Assembly (NCBI GenBank): GCA_022605425.2
Contig: CM061250.1
Location: 682,001-746,000 of the forward strand
DNA from: Hamiltosporidium tvaerminnensis FI-OER-3-3
Lineage: Eukaryota; Fungi; Microsporidia
Direction: 5' to 3'
DNA: 64,000 nt
Under the pieces are notes generated by a model. The model saw only the letters and a program-made list of their open reading frames with translations. It did not search any database and had not been told where the DNA came from. This document shows positions 11,928-24,746 of this stretch, in pieces. Position 1 is the first letter of the stretch; every line of letters begins with the position of its first letter. The position numbers and the translations under genes are program-made.

Positions 11928-12029
11928 GAATCATGAAAAAAAAGAATCAAACTAAGCCCGTTTGTCTTTATATTCATGCCAAAATTCCTCTTTAACAAAA
12001 CTTTATCCCCGATAAAATGATTCCTTATT

Positions 12030-13160
12030 GTTTTATTTAGTCTTTACTTTCTATGATTCTTTTTTGATATTTTTCAAAATGTTTACATACTTCCGTTTTA
12101 ATTTCAAAATTCTTATCAATTTTAGAAGCAGGGGTTGTTGAAGCTGAAGCAAGATGTCTAGGCTTATTTAATCTATTATTCATTTTGGAGACAATCTCTA
12201 AATTCCACTGTGTCTTTATATCCCGGATCATGTTTTCTTGCTGTTATACCTCAGAACTTATTTAGTCAACAAATACTAAATCACCTTTTGGTATCTCCGT
12301 TACTATATTACCAGAAAGAGAGTTTGTAAATACAATTTGACTATTAAAAGTTAAAAAATGATTTGTTTGAGGCACTATAGGTTATCTCTTTATAAGCTTA
12401 TAACATCATTTTTAAAACCTATTCATCTTTTTGTAGCATAACATATAACTTTTTTGGATAACTATATTTCAATGTTTGATTAATCCGTTCAATTTGTCTC
12501 CGAGCCTTTATATTATGTGGTCTTCCCTATATAATTTGAAGGTTAAGAGCAGTTAAGTATGCTTCCAGAAATTCATTTTAAAGTTCTTACTATTATCGGA
12601 TTGGATCGCTACTGGAATATCAGAATTATAATAGAAATTTATATGAATCTTCTTCGGCCTGTGAAGCCTTGTCGATCGTCTTAAAAATACAAAAATACGT
12701 TGTATAAGTGTCTATTATGTTTCGAGTCTAATAATCCCATTATTTTGATCAGCGTATCTTCTAAGATCTACACAATCAATCATAAATAAATTATATTATT
12801 TTTGTGAATTTATTCATTGGTAAGCTTCATTTGCTCGGAAATTTGTTTCCTTATAACATGTTATTGCATTTTAAAACATTTATTTAGTCTATAATATCAA
12901 ACAATAGCAAGCCATAAAACTTTGCATTGAGACTATTTGTATATGCATTGCCTGTTAATCGTTTGGTTTCAACGACTGTAATCCAACTATATAAATATAG
13001 AAATATCATAGGAGCAATGGAAAGTGGAGTAAATACGAAATAATCCGAAAATTATAGGATAGAAATATAATGCAGATAACATACATCTATTATAAATAAA
13101 GGGTGTTATTAATATATAAAACAGCATTATAAATAACCCGGGGCGCTAAGGGCCGTGACA
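12030..13160 (-). pseudogene. Decayed DDE (rve-type) integrase remnant, Gypsy/Ginger-like element
   Basis: Minus-strand fragments IDCVDLRRYADQNNG...NIIDTY (~12780), IPVAIQSDNSKNF (~12600) and GRPHNIKARRQIERINQTLK (~12500) match the rve pattern (QSDNGxEF; GRPxHPQSQGxVERxNxTLK). TGTCACGG at 13160 is a possible terminus. Boundaries approximate. Confidence 0.75.
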
Positions 13161-13173
13161 TTTAATTAATTTA

Positions 13174-13690
13174 ATGTATAAATTCTTAGTCATTTGTATG
13201 AAAAATTCTTTTAAAATAATCAAGTATAAAGTTCCATAAATCTATTCAATCAATATTTGTTTTATGCAATTATTATTGAGAATATTTATAAATTGCACAG
13301 AATAACTGCAAAAAAACATTAATCGTATCATAAAAGTTTTTATTTAGGTGTAAATTCTTAGAAAAGTATGCTTAACAAATCGATTACTACTTTTTTTAAT
13401 ACTACTACTTTATAAAAAGTAAAATAACAAATTTATTATGATATTCTCGATAAATATGATAATTTAGAAAACATTTAATAATTTTATTTCAAATATTTTT
13501 TTTAACCAATAGAATTTTTTTAATTGTTTTATGTTCCGTTCTACTCACTATAATTAGTTACATAAGATTTATGAACAAATAGAAAGCGAAATATCTTAAT
13601 TGGGGAGCTTCTTGTTGTCTTATAGTCTTTTAACCAATTAAACATTTCGAGGTGAGTTGTCGTCGGCGTCGTCGGAATATTACTGAATTT
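13174..13690. repeat. ~510-bp diverged dispersed repeat, copy 1 (copy 2 at 27481-27995)
   Basis: Collinear shared blocks TGTATAAATTCTTAGT, AATCAAGTATAAAGTTCCA, TGTAAATTCTTAGAAAA, TTCTACTCACTAT, TAAGATTTATGAACAAATAGAAA. Confidence 0.85.
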
Positions 13691-15057
13691 TATAAATGAT
13701 AAATACAATAAAAACAAACAAAGTATATTTTTTTTAAATCGGCAATGACTCGATGTTGACCAACTTCGAAATGTTTAATTAGTTCAAAAAAATAAGAAAC
13801 TAATAATAATTTTTCGATTAAGAATAAAACTCTTATGATTTAATTTTAGATCATAAACGATCAATTAAGCGTGCAGAAGTAAAACATGAAACGCTTTAAA
13901 TCATTTAATTTGTTTCAAAAATATTCGCTTACCTATCCTAATACAACCTTTCGGGTTATATACATCATAAGAATAGCATTATGAATTTATTTTTTGATTT
14001 TAAAAGGTTTTGATTTTGTAAAAAATAAATTCAACCATTGGTTCATATGATTTTTCTATGAATATTTTTTTATCAATTCAGAAACAATTATATGATAGAA
14101 TTAATACCTTTTTGCCTTTTATCAGTGCAATATATTTATATCTCCAATGATAGCGCGATAAAAAAAATTACGGTTCGAATAATCTGATAGAATTTTATAC
14201 TCAATTCAATTAAAATAATTTGAATACAAATAACTAAGATTCTATACAACCAATGAATTAAATATTACAACATTACAAAAAAACACTTCACACGAATATA
14301 GTTCAACGAGAGAAAGTTTAATGGCATTTAAATACTGGAAACCTGAACAGCATAAACATAAAATGTACAACCGAAGTTCTACTAATGCAAAGCAGGTAAA
14401 TCAAAAGCAGAACACATTCTTCAGATTAATAATGCTTAGATAGCTAAACGGAAATTTCACAAGACTAGCTAAACATTCAGATATAAAAACAAAAGAATAT
14501 ACCAGAAAACGAATAAGAAATAGGTATAAAATTATATATAAGAAGATTACAAAACCATACATAGCTCAGTCAATGAAGTTTAAGTGGATCAAAATGATAT
14601 ATACATCTTTGTTTTTTTGTTTATGTGAAATAAATTTCGTTTTTACGAACTTAAAAGTTATAGCTAAATAATATGATACAAAACAAAAAAAATAAATCTA
14701 TTTTTTTATAACTAAGATTTAGAGTTTTACAAATGTTATTCTTATAATTCTAATCACATCGGGATAAACAAATTTTCGAAAATGGCAAAGGCCAGATTTT
14801 GATTTAATGATATATCAATCAAAGCCCAACCAGTGCCATCAACAAAGGGTCAAGTTGTAATTTATTTCAATTTTAGAAAAAAATATTTTTTTATTGTGGT
14901 TTTATATGATTTTTGCAAATTTTTTTTAAGTTCGTTTTTATTGTGGTTTTAAAATAATTTTTGTAAAATCTGTTTTACGCTTTTTTATATACAAGTTTAT
15001 TTCTTGTTGATTTATATCTCTTCGATTTGACATCTTTTACTGTTCAATTTATTTTAG

Positions 15058-15453
15058 TTAAATTATTAAATCTCTTAAAGATTTTTTAAAAAAAAGCCTT
15101 CGATACAGCAAAAATATTATGTTCAAGTCAATATAGATTATGAGTTTGTAATACGGTTTCTTACTTTCATTTAAGCGCAAGTTATTTAGGATATGGTTTT
15201 TTTCTATAACTACCAGAAATAACTCCCTTATGCCATCTTCAATCATATCATACGAGTTATATATGTAATTTTCTTCCTTGATCGAAATAAACATTTTTAT
15301 TTCACCTTTTAAGAGCTTTCCAGATTCATCTGTTCTTGGTATCCAAAAGGTTCTTCTACTATATCTGATATTTTGTAATAATACCTTCTCATATAAGAAC
15401 ATAAACCATTTTATCAATATAATATCTATTAAAAGACCAATTCTATTCGCCAA
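15058..15453 (-). CDS. Hypothetical protein or gene fragment
   Basis: 131-codon open frame in very AT-rich DNA. No recognisable motif and start codon uncertain. Confidence 0.25.
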   Translation of the reverse strand: MANRIGLLIDIILIKWFMFLYEKVLLQNIRYSRRTFWIPRTDESGKLLKGEIKMFISIKEENYIYNSYDMIEDGIRELFLVVIEKNHILNNLRLNESKKPYYKLIIYIDLNIIFLLYRRLFFKKSLRDLII

Positions 15454-15498
15454 TGAATTATAATGACTTGTTTTTTTTGCTTTTACAATTCTAGAAAA

Positions 15499-15651
15499 AT
15501 CAAAATTTAAATTTATTTTTACTAAAAATATTTATTCAATTCTTTATTCAATTCTTTATGCATAAAAATATTCAAAAAAATATTCAAAAAAATATTTATT
15601 AAATTCTTTATGCATAAAAATATTCAAAAAAAATAAATTTAAATTTTGATT
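15499..15651. repeat. Small foldback with ~23-bp inverted ends and internal direct repeats
   Basis: AATCAAAATTTAAATTTATTTTT ... AAAAATAAATTTAAATTTTGATT. AATTCTTTATGCATAAAAATATTCAAAAAAA occurs twice inside. Confidence 0.6.
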
Positions 15652-15789
15652 CTACTTTGAATACATTGGATTTAATTTCTTAAATAAATCATTTCAGATT
15701 ATTATACAAATAAAATTAGTTTTTTTTATCAATCAAATTAAAATTCTATAATGAATAAATTTCAAAAAAAAAATAATTTACAAATATAT

Positions 15790-18700
15790 TTACTCACCTA
15801 ATGACATTATAACCTATTGAGAGAAATATACTTATTTAGTATTAACTTCAATCTGACATAATCAAGCGCCAATCTTTTTCATTCTTCTATTCTTAAATTA
15901 CTGAATTATTTTTTATAATCACCTAGAAATCTAATTTTCGAAGTACCAGAAGTCATCAATCTTCGACATTGAAAATTTCATATTTTAAATACACTGCTAC
16001 TGACATTCGTTCAAGATGACCCAGCTATCGTGTCTGTTTATATCAACTTCGTTTACTGATTCTATATTTCAATATAAATTTTAGAGCCTATGTTATTACG
16101 AATGCTAGCCTCCTTATTGTTTCCTTATGACCCGTATATTATCGGTGAATACTTTTGATCCTGTATGTACAGTATCGTTTCATTACGATTTGTCAATATT
16201 CAGGTTTCGTAGCCGCACATAACTAGGCTTAAGAAAAGTACTATATAAAATTTTCTTGCTTCTTCGGATAAAAATCAAGATTTAAGGATTTCTTAAAAGC
16301 CAATATTTGCTTTATATCCTTCTTTAATATATCCTTTCAATACCCCACTTTTGTCATTTTTATTCACAAGAAGCACTCATAGATATTTAAAAGAATTAAA
16401 ACACTCAAAGCGGTATCCATCTCCTTGTAAATATAGTATAATTTTTCTTGGTTCCTCAAAATCAAATTGTATTTTGTTTTATTTTCATTAATAAAGATAT
16501 CTGGTGTTCATCTTAGATATTCCTGGTACGACCTCTAAAGACCGTCTACTTTTTTTTGCAATGATATCAATGTCATTGAGATCGCGTAGAAAATGTAATT
16601 ATCTGTTTTACAGAAATAATGCGGAAATTCCTTATCTTTTAAAAAGCTTTTTCATAAGTTGTATTAAAAATTATACTCTAAAACACATCTCCTTGTCCCA
16701 AACCATTTCCTAGTTTAAAATTCCTTAAAATTTTCCCGCCTCATACATTCCACTCTTTTTCTTTTTTAGAATCATTCCATTGTAACTTACTACAATTTTC
16801 TAGGGAATCTGCAATTCTAATACTGTTTCATAAAGAAAAATCTGATTTACTCTATCATATACCAGTTTTACAGAATAAAAAGCTGGTGAATAGGTTATAA
16901 GTAAAAGCATTTTTCCAAAAGACATAGATCGGTAAATTCTAATCAATATTGACTTCTTTATTCTAAAACCATATTAGTATTTCCCTAAATTGCTTTCTAC
17001 GTTTAAAAAAAGACGTTTTGCTAAAACTTTGATCAGTATTTTATAGATTACACATAGTAGTGATATATCTTGTAATTTTAAAAAATTAACTCGAAGCCTT
17101 TTTTTTGTGAATTAGTACAATTAGAGCCTTATTTCAATATTCAGACATTATTTCTTGTTTCAAAACATTTAAGATTAGAGAAAAAAATCTTTCAAAAGCA
17201 TATTTCCTCCATACCTTAATTTCTCGGTGTTTAGGCGTCTTTACTGAGTTTTTTTCTCGTTTCAAAGAATTTATAGTTTATACATTTCTAAAAGACGGGA
17301 TATGGTATATTTATGCTTTTTTAGGTTTCTTTTGAATTCTTGAAAGATTCGATCCTTGTTTTCATTTCATATCATTTTTTTAAAAAGTTCTTAAGAATTT
17401 AAGTTCATAAATATAAAACTTTTTTCGGATATGCAAATAACTCCTCATTTATTGTTTGCATCACATTGTTCTTAGCCTGAAGGTTCCTTCTTAAATCTTT
17501 AATCCCTGCATACATTTCTCTTTTATATTGAAAGATTCTGCTATCATTTGCCGTATCTTTTCTTGAAAGAATTTTCTTTTTCTTTTCCGGTATACATATG
17601 ATAATTTAGTCTTAGCACTTATAAAGGTATATGGTTTGTGATGCGTAGATTTCGGTTTCATTTTGCTTCTTGTCTGGTTAGCTGCGTAAATTGCTATTTT
17701 GCATTCTTCATCAAACAAACTCTGTCTGCGTTAGATTTTTTTTGAGCTAAAATTTCCAACCGATTCTTTTAGTATTATATTCTTTAGTCTCTCCTATGTC
17801 TCTTTGATATCTCTATTTTCGTTAGTAATGCTTGAATCTTCAAATCAATTTTTACCTTTTAGATACTTTAATCAAATAATTATCTTGCATCTAGATGTTT
17901 TGGTTTTTTGCAGTCTAATTTCGTAGCTTGTGAAGGCCTTTTATATCGCCATACATTGATATTTTTTAGAGAAATTTCATGATCACAAGATAGAGATCTG
18001 TGCTAACGTCTGCCTCTCTATATTTTCTTACACATTATACACTCGATATGTGTCTTGAATGAACCAATTCGTGATCTATTTAATTAACTGTATGATTATC
18101 CGGCGATTTCCTTATTTGATCTTAATTTGAAAAATATCACTAAGAATAATAATTTTCTTGCTAATTACACAGTCAATTCTTCGAAAAAAAAATTTGGTTT
18201 CTGTCTCGATAAATGCCTTCTTTTCTAATATGTGGCATATGGGCTCTTTCTTTACCAACTTTTGCATTCAATTCACCTAGTTCTATTGTTTGTCATTCTT
18301 TGGTATTTTATGATAGTATACTTCTAGCAAGTCTTGAAGGTTTTCATTGTCCATCACATTTATTTCTTCAACAGAGAATTTGTATATAGTATTGTCATTT
18401 AAAAGAAAAAAAATATTCCAACCGTATTCAACAGATTCTTTCATTAATTCATTTAAATCTTTTACGGTTTGCATAAAGTTGTTGATTATAGTAAAATTTG
18501 TACCTAAAGTATAGAATATCTGATTTCCACTATAAAAGATTGTGTAGTCTTCAGTTTTGAACATAACTGTTACCTTCCAACGAATCTCTTAAAGCGCTGC
18601 AATGTCCATTTTAAATTTCTTAAATTCTCATGTCAATGCTTTCAAAGTTACTATTTATGAAATTTCAACATATTCTAAGTCGCCATTCTTAGTTCATTTT

Positions 18701-18895
18701 TAACTTTTTTTTCTTTCCTGTTTTGATTTTTTTTATAATTTTTTGTTCTGTTTAGTCTTGTTATCGTAAAGCTTTGGAAATGGTTCATATAGCATATAGC
18801 ATGTTGGTGTTTTGCAAGGTAAGGTTCTTGGTCATACCCTATAACTCTCCTCCTTTTTTATCCAGGCTTAATACAGGGGTATAACGGAGTTTACA
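15790..18895 (-). mobile_element. Heavily decayed, roughly full-length RTE-clade LINE (APE endonuclease + RT)
   Basis: DIAAL*EIRW..NS.MFKTEDYTIFYSGN (APE N-terminus, 18530-18610), FDEECK.AI (17718), ISLLCVIYKIL (~17050), FKYL (~16385), and a C-terminal RL..Y/HVR-like motif near 15860. RTE-type 5' leader at 18810-18895. Confidence 0.8.
18845..18895 (-). ncRNA. Degenerate twister-ribozyme-like motif at the RTE 5' end
   Basis: Minus strand TAAACTCCGTTATACCCCTGTATTAAGCCTGGATAAAAAAGGAGGAGAG aligns with the RTE-associated twister pattern TAACTCCG...CCGGTCCCAAGCCCGG-taaa-GGAGGAGGG. Core positions are mutated. Confidence 0.55.
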
Positions 18896-18983
18896 AATAT
18901 ATTGCATAAAACTAAAAAAATACATTTAAAAATATAAATTATTTAATAAAATTCTGGGATAACAAATTTTTCTCTTTTCTAAA

Positions 18984-19114
18984 TATTTCTTTCCACCAAA
19001 ATTTAAATTAAAAATTTAAATTAAATTAAATAATTTTTTAAAGATACTTTAATTTTTTTTTTTAGACATTTATTTAATTTAAATTTTTAATTTATATTTT
19101 GGTGGAAAGAAATA
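18984..19114. repeat. Foldback with 43-bp inverted arms (1 mismatch), MITE-like
   Basis: TATTTCTTTCCACCAAAATTTAAATTAAAAATTTAAATTAAAT (18984-19026) is the reverse complement of 19072-19114 except at one base. Confidence 0.85.
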
Positions 19115-19482
19115 ATAAATATAACCTTAATACATCTTAAATATCAAATATGTATTATAAAATATTAATTTCATAACAGACCTAATCTTAATTATTAAGA
19201 TTCACATACAATAAAATAAAATAAAATATAAATTTGATAACATACTTTATCTTAATTATTAAAATAATACATCAATTACACACAAATAGAAAATAAATTT
19301 GATAACAAACACATCAATATTAACACTATTATAATTCACATAAAAACTTCAAAAATATCAATTTAAATGCATAAACCAGACTGTCAAACACATCAATACA
19401 AACGCATAAACTAAAAAACTATAAATACGTAGAAAATAGCATAAAAAAAGAAAATATTCCAAAGAAATAGACACAGGTGAAT

Positions 19483-22400
19483 TTAGAAAAACCAGAACTT
19501 CTTTTTCATTCTTTCTTTCAAATCACTCGCTTCTTTTCCATACCGATTTGCCGTACTTTCTAATCTTTCTACATTTTCACACAAATCCATCAAATCTTCA
19601 TTTCTTTCTTTAAATTCCATCTCATTCACACTAAAAAAAGAATTAATCTTATTTTCCTCATCGATAAATCGTTATCCCCAATACCATCACATATTTTATC
19701 TTCGATATTGTTATCACCCTTACCATCACATATATGATCTTCGATATTGTTATCACCCTTACCATCACATATATGATCTTCGATATTGTTATCACCCTTA
19801 CCATCACATATATGATCTTCGATATTGTTATCACCCTTACCATCACATATATGATCTTCGATATTGTTATCAACAATATCTTCATTACCAAGTCCCTTTT
19901 TAAAACACTTATTAATATCTTCTTCCCTATAAAATGAAAATTGACAGTCATTTTTAATACCTACGTATATAACACCCTCATATTCATAGAAATATATATC
20001 ACTACATTTAACATTCATATGATAAATACTATTATCTACCTTTATTGTGTTATTTAAGGTTATAAAGTATATTATAGTATTATAACACACTGTTTTTAAA
20101 ATATTAATTTCTATTGAACAAATTAATGTATAAATTAATGAATTGGGGGTGTTATTTGTAAGGTTTTTATCTAAAAGGGTTTTAGTATTATTAATATTAT
20201 TTAACGGGGTGTTATCTTCAGTAGTGTTATTTAATGGGGTGTTATCATCAGTAGTGTTATTTAAGGGGGTGTTACCCTCTATATTGTTAATAAGAGGAGT
20301 GTTATCTTTTGTATTACCTAACAGGGTGTTATCTTCCATGTCCTTATTTAAAGGAGTGTTATCTTGTATATCGTTATTTAACAGGCGTTTATCTTCTGTA
20401 TTACCTAACAGGGTGTAATCTTCCATGTCCTTATTTAAAGGAGTGTTATCCCCTACCTCTTTACCAAAAGAGGTGTTAGTATCACTAGTACCACTAACAC
20501 CCTCTCCACTTACATTGCAACCCTTTTCATCATCATTTCTATGATATTTCATTGTATAAATACTTAACTCATTTTTCTTAATAACATACAAATAACACCC
20601 TCCTATATAACAGTCTAACACATCATAAACTCTAAACCCTTTATCTTCTAAATAAGAATCATATAGAAATAACACGTTATCTTCATATACTAACACCTTC
20701 TTTATATACTTATTATCCTTTATCTCTAATACCTTAACTAACACCCTTTTATTTATATCATATTTGTATAAATATTCATTATCCTTTAAAATAACACTGT
20801 TACTGTCATAATTAACAATTGACATGTTATTTATATAGAATATGTAATTACCAGTATTGTTATTTATAGTATTGTTATTGGTGTTATTGGTATTACTGGG
20901 GTTATTGGTGTTATTGTTGTTAGTAGGGTTAGTGGTATTATTGGTATTATTGGTGTTATTGGTATTATTGGTATTAGTAGGGTTAGTGGTACTGATAACA
21001 CCCCTATCATTATAATTTACAATACCTTTATTTATAAGGGTGTTATAGTCTGTATATATTATTTCCTTACTTGTTAATATAACCATCAAATAACAGGGTG
21101 TTATATTACTATTCATTTATATTACTAACACCTATATTACTATCACCCTTTATATTACTATCACCCTTTATATTACTAACATCTATATTACTAACACCCT
21201 TTATATTACTAACACCCTTTATAAATAGTATGTCATATATATGATGTTTTACCTTTATTTCTTTAATAATTCCATTGTTAATTATTATTGTTATTTTATT
21301 GTTATTATAACAGATATACTTATTATTTATAAAGAATACTTTATCATATTTCCTAAGAATATAAAGGGTATTATATGTGTTAGTAGTAGGTGTGTTAGCA
21401 GTAGATGTGTTAGTAACAACTATGTTGTCCTTATTAGTAATATATGTGTTATTAGATGTGTTATCCTTATTAGTAATATATGTCTTAACATCCTCACACA
21501 TATCCCTGTTACTCTCTATATAACTCCTTTCTAATAATAAGACATTAAGAATATCCTTTATAATATAAACACCTTTATCTGTTAAGAAGAATGTATCACA
21601 ATAAAGGGTCTTTAAAACCTTATAAGTATTAGAAAGAATATAAAGCATACCATTAGAATGTAGGAGTATAGTATTGATATACTTAGACTTACTACTAGAC
21701 TTATTACTAGTATTATTACTAGTCTTATTATTACCCTTATTACTAGTCTTACTACTAGTGTTATTATTACCCTTACTACTAGTCTTATTATCACCCTTAC
21801 TACTAGACTTACTACTAGTCTTATTATCACCCTTACTACTAGTGTTATTATCCCCCTTATTACTAGTGTTATTATCACCCTTACTACTAGTGTTATTATC
21901 ACCCTTACTACTAGTCTTAGTATCACCCTTATTATTATCACCCTTATTACTATCACCCTTATTACTATCACCCTTATTACTATCCCCATCCATACTACCA
22001 TCACACACCTTATTACTATTAGTGTTATACACACCTATCTTACTAATAGGTGTCTTACTTATACAATACTTACTGTTACTCTTATCTTTAATACTATAAA
22101 CAATAACACTACCCTTATTATCACCTATTAATATATAATTAGTATTTAAAGGTGTTAAACTACTATAATTATTATTATTTATTTTACTATGTAATAACAG
22201 GGTGTTATTATAAGTATATATGTTTATAGTGTTAACAGTAAGTGCTATAATATAATAAGAGTTACTAGTTAAAGAGATAACAGTACTATCAGTAAAGGTA
22301 GTGTAATGCTTAGATTTGATAGTGTTATTGATATTTGTATTGATAGTAGTGTTGTTATCTTTATTACTAGTAAAGTAATAAGACATTTTAGTATAAAGAC

Positions 22401-23135
22401 TAACACTATTACCATTCTTATCCTTATTAGTATTAGTATCCTTGTCCTTATTAGTATTCTTAGTAGTATTACTAACACTATCCCTATTATCACCCTTAGT
22501 AGTATTATCACCCTTATCCCTATTACTAACACTACTACTATCTCCATCACCCTTAGTATTATCCCTATTACTGACATTACTATCCTGATATCCCTTAGTA
22601 TTATCCCTATTACTATCCCTATTATCCTTATTATCCTTATTAGTATTATCCATATTACTACCCCCATCCCTATTATCACCCTTAGTATTATCCCTATTAC
22701 TAACCCTATCCCTATTACTACCCTATCCCTATTACTAACACTATCCTTATTATCATCACCCTTATTACTACCCCCATATCCCCCATCACCCCCTAATCTA
22801 TTACACATCTTTATTACTTTAATTCTATTATCCTGTGATATAATAATATTACCTTTATAACATGTTATACTACTTATAATACTATAATAATTATAACAAT
22901 AACTACTCTTAGTATTATAAGTCATATAATTATTATTTATAGTAGTTAAAGGTATTTTTATTTAATAAAATTTTGGTTAAAAATTTTTAAAAAATTTTAT
23001 ATATTTTTTTTTTTCTTTTAAAAAATTTTTTTTTTTTTTCAAAAACCACTTTTTTTTTTTTTTTTTGTTGGGTTTTTTAAATTTTTTTAAAAAAAAAAAA
23101 TTTTTTTTTTTTTTTTTTAAAAAATATTTTGGCAC

Positions 23136-23168
<33 letters not shown>

Positions 23169-23178
23169 GGGGTTTTTT

Positions 23179-23215
<37 letters not shown>

Positions 23216-23809
23216 CCCTCCCCCCCCCTTCGGCATTTAGTCCTGACTCAAGTCCTCTTCGTCGATCAAAGGAAATAGTTTCGACTGTCTTTTTAAGTAC
23301 TATAGACTGAATGTATGCTTCTACATTCATGGGTATTTCTAGTCTTTTAAGATGAGATTTATGGTATTTTGTCACAATACCGTCCCAGGTCATCACATAA
23401 GGGATTATCTCAACACTACACTTATAAATAAGGCCCAACTCATTGGCTAGCAGGTCATACTTCCTAAGTTTTTCAGTTTCAACTATTTGAAGTGAATCTT
23501 GGGAAGTGATTCCTACTTCAATGAGTGTTATCTTTTTTTTTTTTTTTTTAAAAAAAAAATTTTTTTTTTAAAAAAAAAAAAAAATAATATTTTTTTTTTT
23601 TAATTAATAAAAAATTTTTTTTTATTTATATTTTTTTTTTTTTTTTTATTATAAAATTTATAAAAAATTAATAAAAAAAAAAAAGTATCTTCACAACACG
23701 TATCATTTGTGGCTGACTTCTCTTTGTTAATCTCTAAGCCAATCACCTCTAAAAATTCCTTTGCCTCGCCTGTCATAGCACTCAATGTGGAGCTGTCTTT
23801 TGCAAGGAG

Positions 23810-23849
<40 letters not shown>

Positions 23850-24477
23850 GATTCTGCATCTGTTTGTACTGTCACTTTTGTGTATTTTTCATTAAGCTTT
23901 CGGCTTAATGGATCCAAAAAAAAAAAAAAAAAAAAAGGTGACAGACTATCTCCTTGCAGGATCCCTCTATCAATCTTCTTGCTCATGATTTTTTCAGGCC
24001 CTACTGATATATCAATTTTCCATTTTGAAAAAATTAAAAAAAAATTTAAAAATTATATTTTTTAAAAATTTAAAATTTAAAATTTTTTTATTAAAATTAT
24101 AAAAAAATTATTTTTTTTTTTTTATTTTTAAAAAAAAAATAAATAAAGCCTGCTCTTTCGCTCCCTGCACACCTCTTACCGCCCCTAGTTGGTTCTCTGC
24201 AAGCAACCCTCGCCTTTCCACTTCAAGTTGAACGACTTTCGTTACACACTTTGTCGTTAACTTATAGAGGTTGGACATACAAGTGATTGGCCTGTAGTCA
24301 GAGCCTCTTCGTGGAATTCCTTTCGGTATCAAATACGTAAGCCCGCAGTAAAACCAATCAGCTTGAGGTGTTCCTTCTAAAAATAAATTTTTATTTAAAA
24401 TTATAAAAAAATTTAAAAAAAAATTTTATAAAAAAATTTAAAAAAAAAAATTAAAAAAAATAATTAAAAATTTTTTT

Positions 24478-24533
<56 letters not shown>

Positions 24534-24686
24534 CGTACGTGACTGTGTCATCATTTTTGTTCCACATTGTAGACCAAAAACTCACAATTTCATCACGGCT
24601 AACCACATGCTCGGATTCCACACGCTCAAAAAAAAAAAAAAAAAATAAAAAAAAAAAATAAAAAAAAATTTTTAAAAATTTAAAAA

Positions 24687-24746
<60 letters not shown>

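Noticed and set aside
14250-14620. Possible LINE or gene remnants here and at ~7950-8550, 9900-10250, 41100-41470, 48600-48800, 51500-52300, 53450-53980
   Set aside because: Composition looks like decayed coding DNA, but I could not identify convincing motifs without a search.
19658-22925. Long alternative-frame and antisense ORFs (poly-Leu/Val/Ile, e.g. 21674-22099, 22306-22860, 21612-22034)
   Set aside because: By-products of stop-free tandem repeats inside the WD40 gene. Only the first ~68 codons of 22269-22925 belong to the real frame.
22977-24745. Poly-Phe/poly-Lys tracts in ORFs
   Set aside because: Translations of homopolymer-overwritten LINE sequence, probably artefactual.
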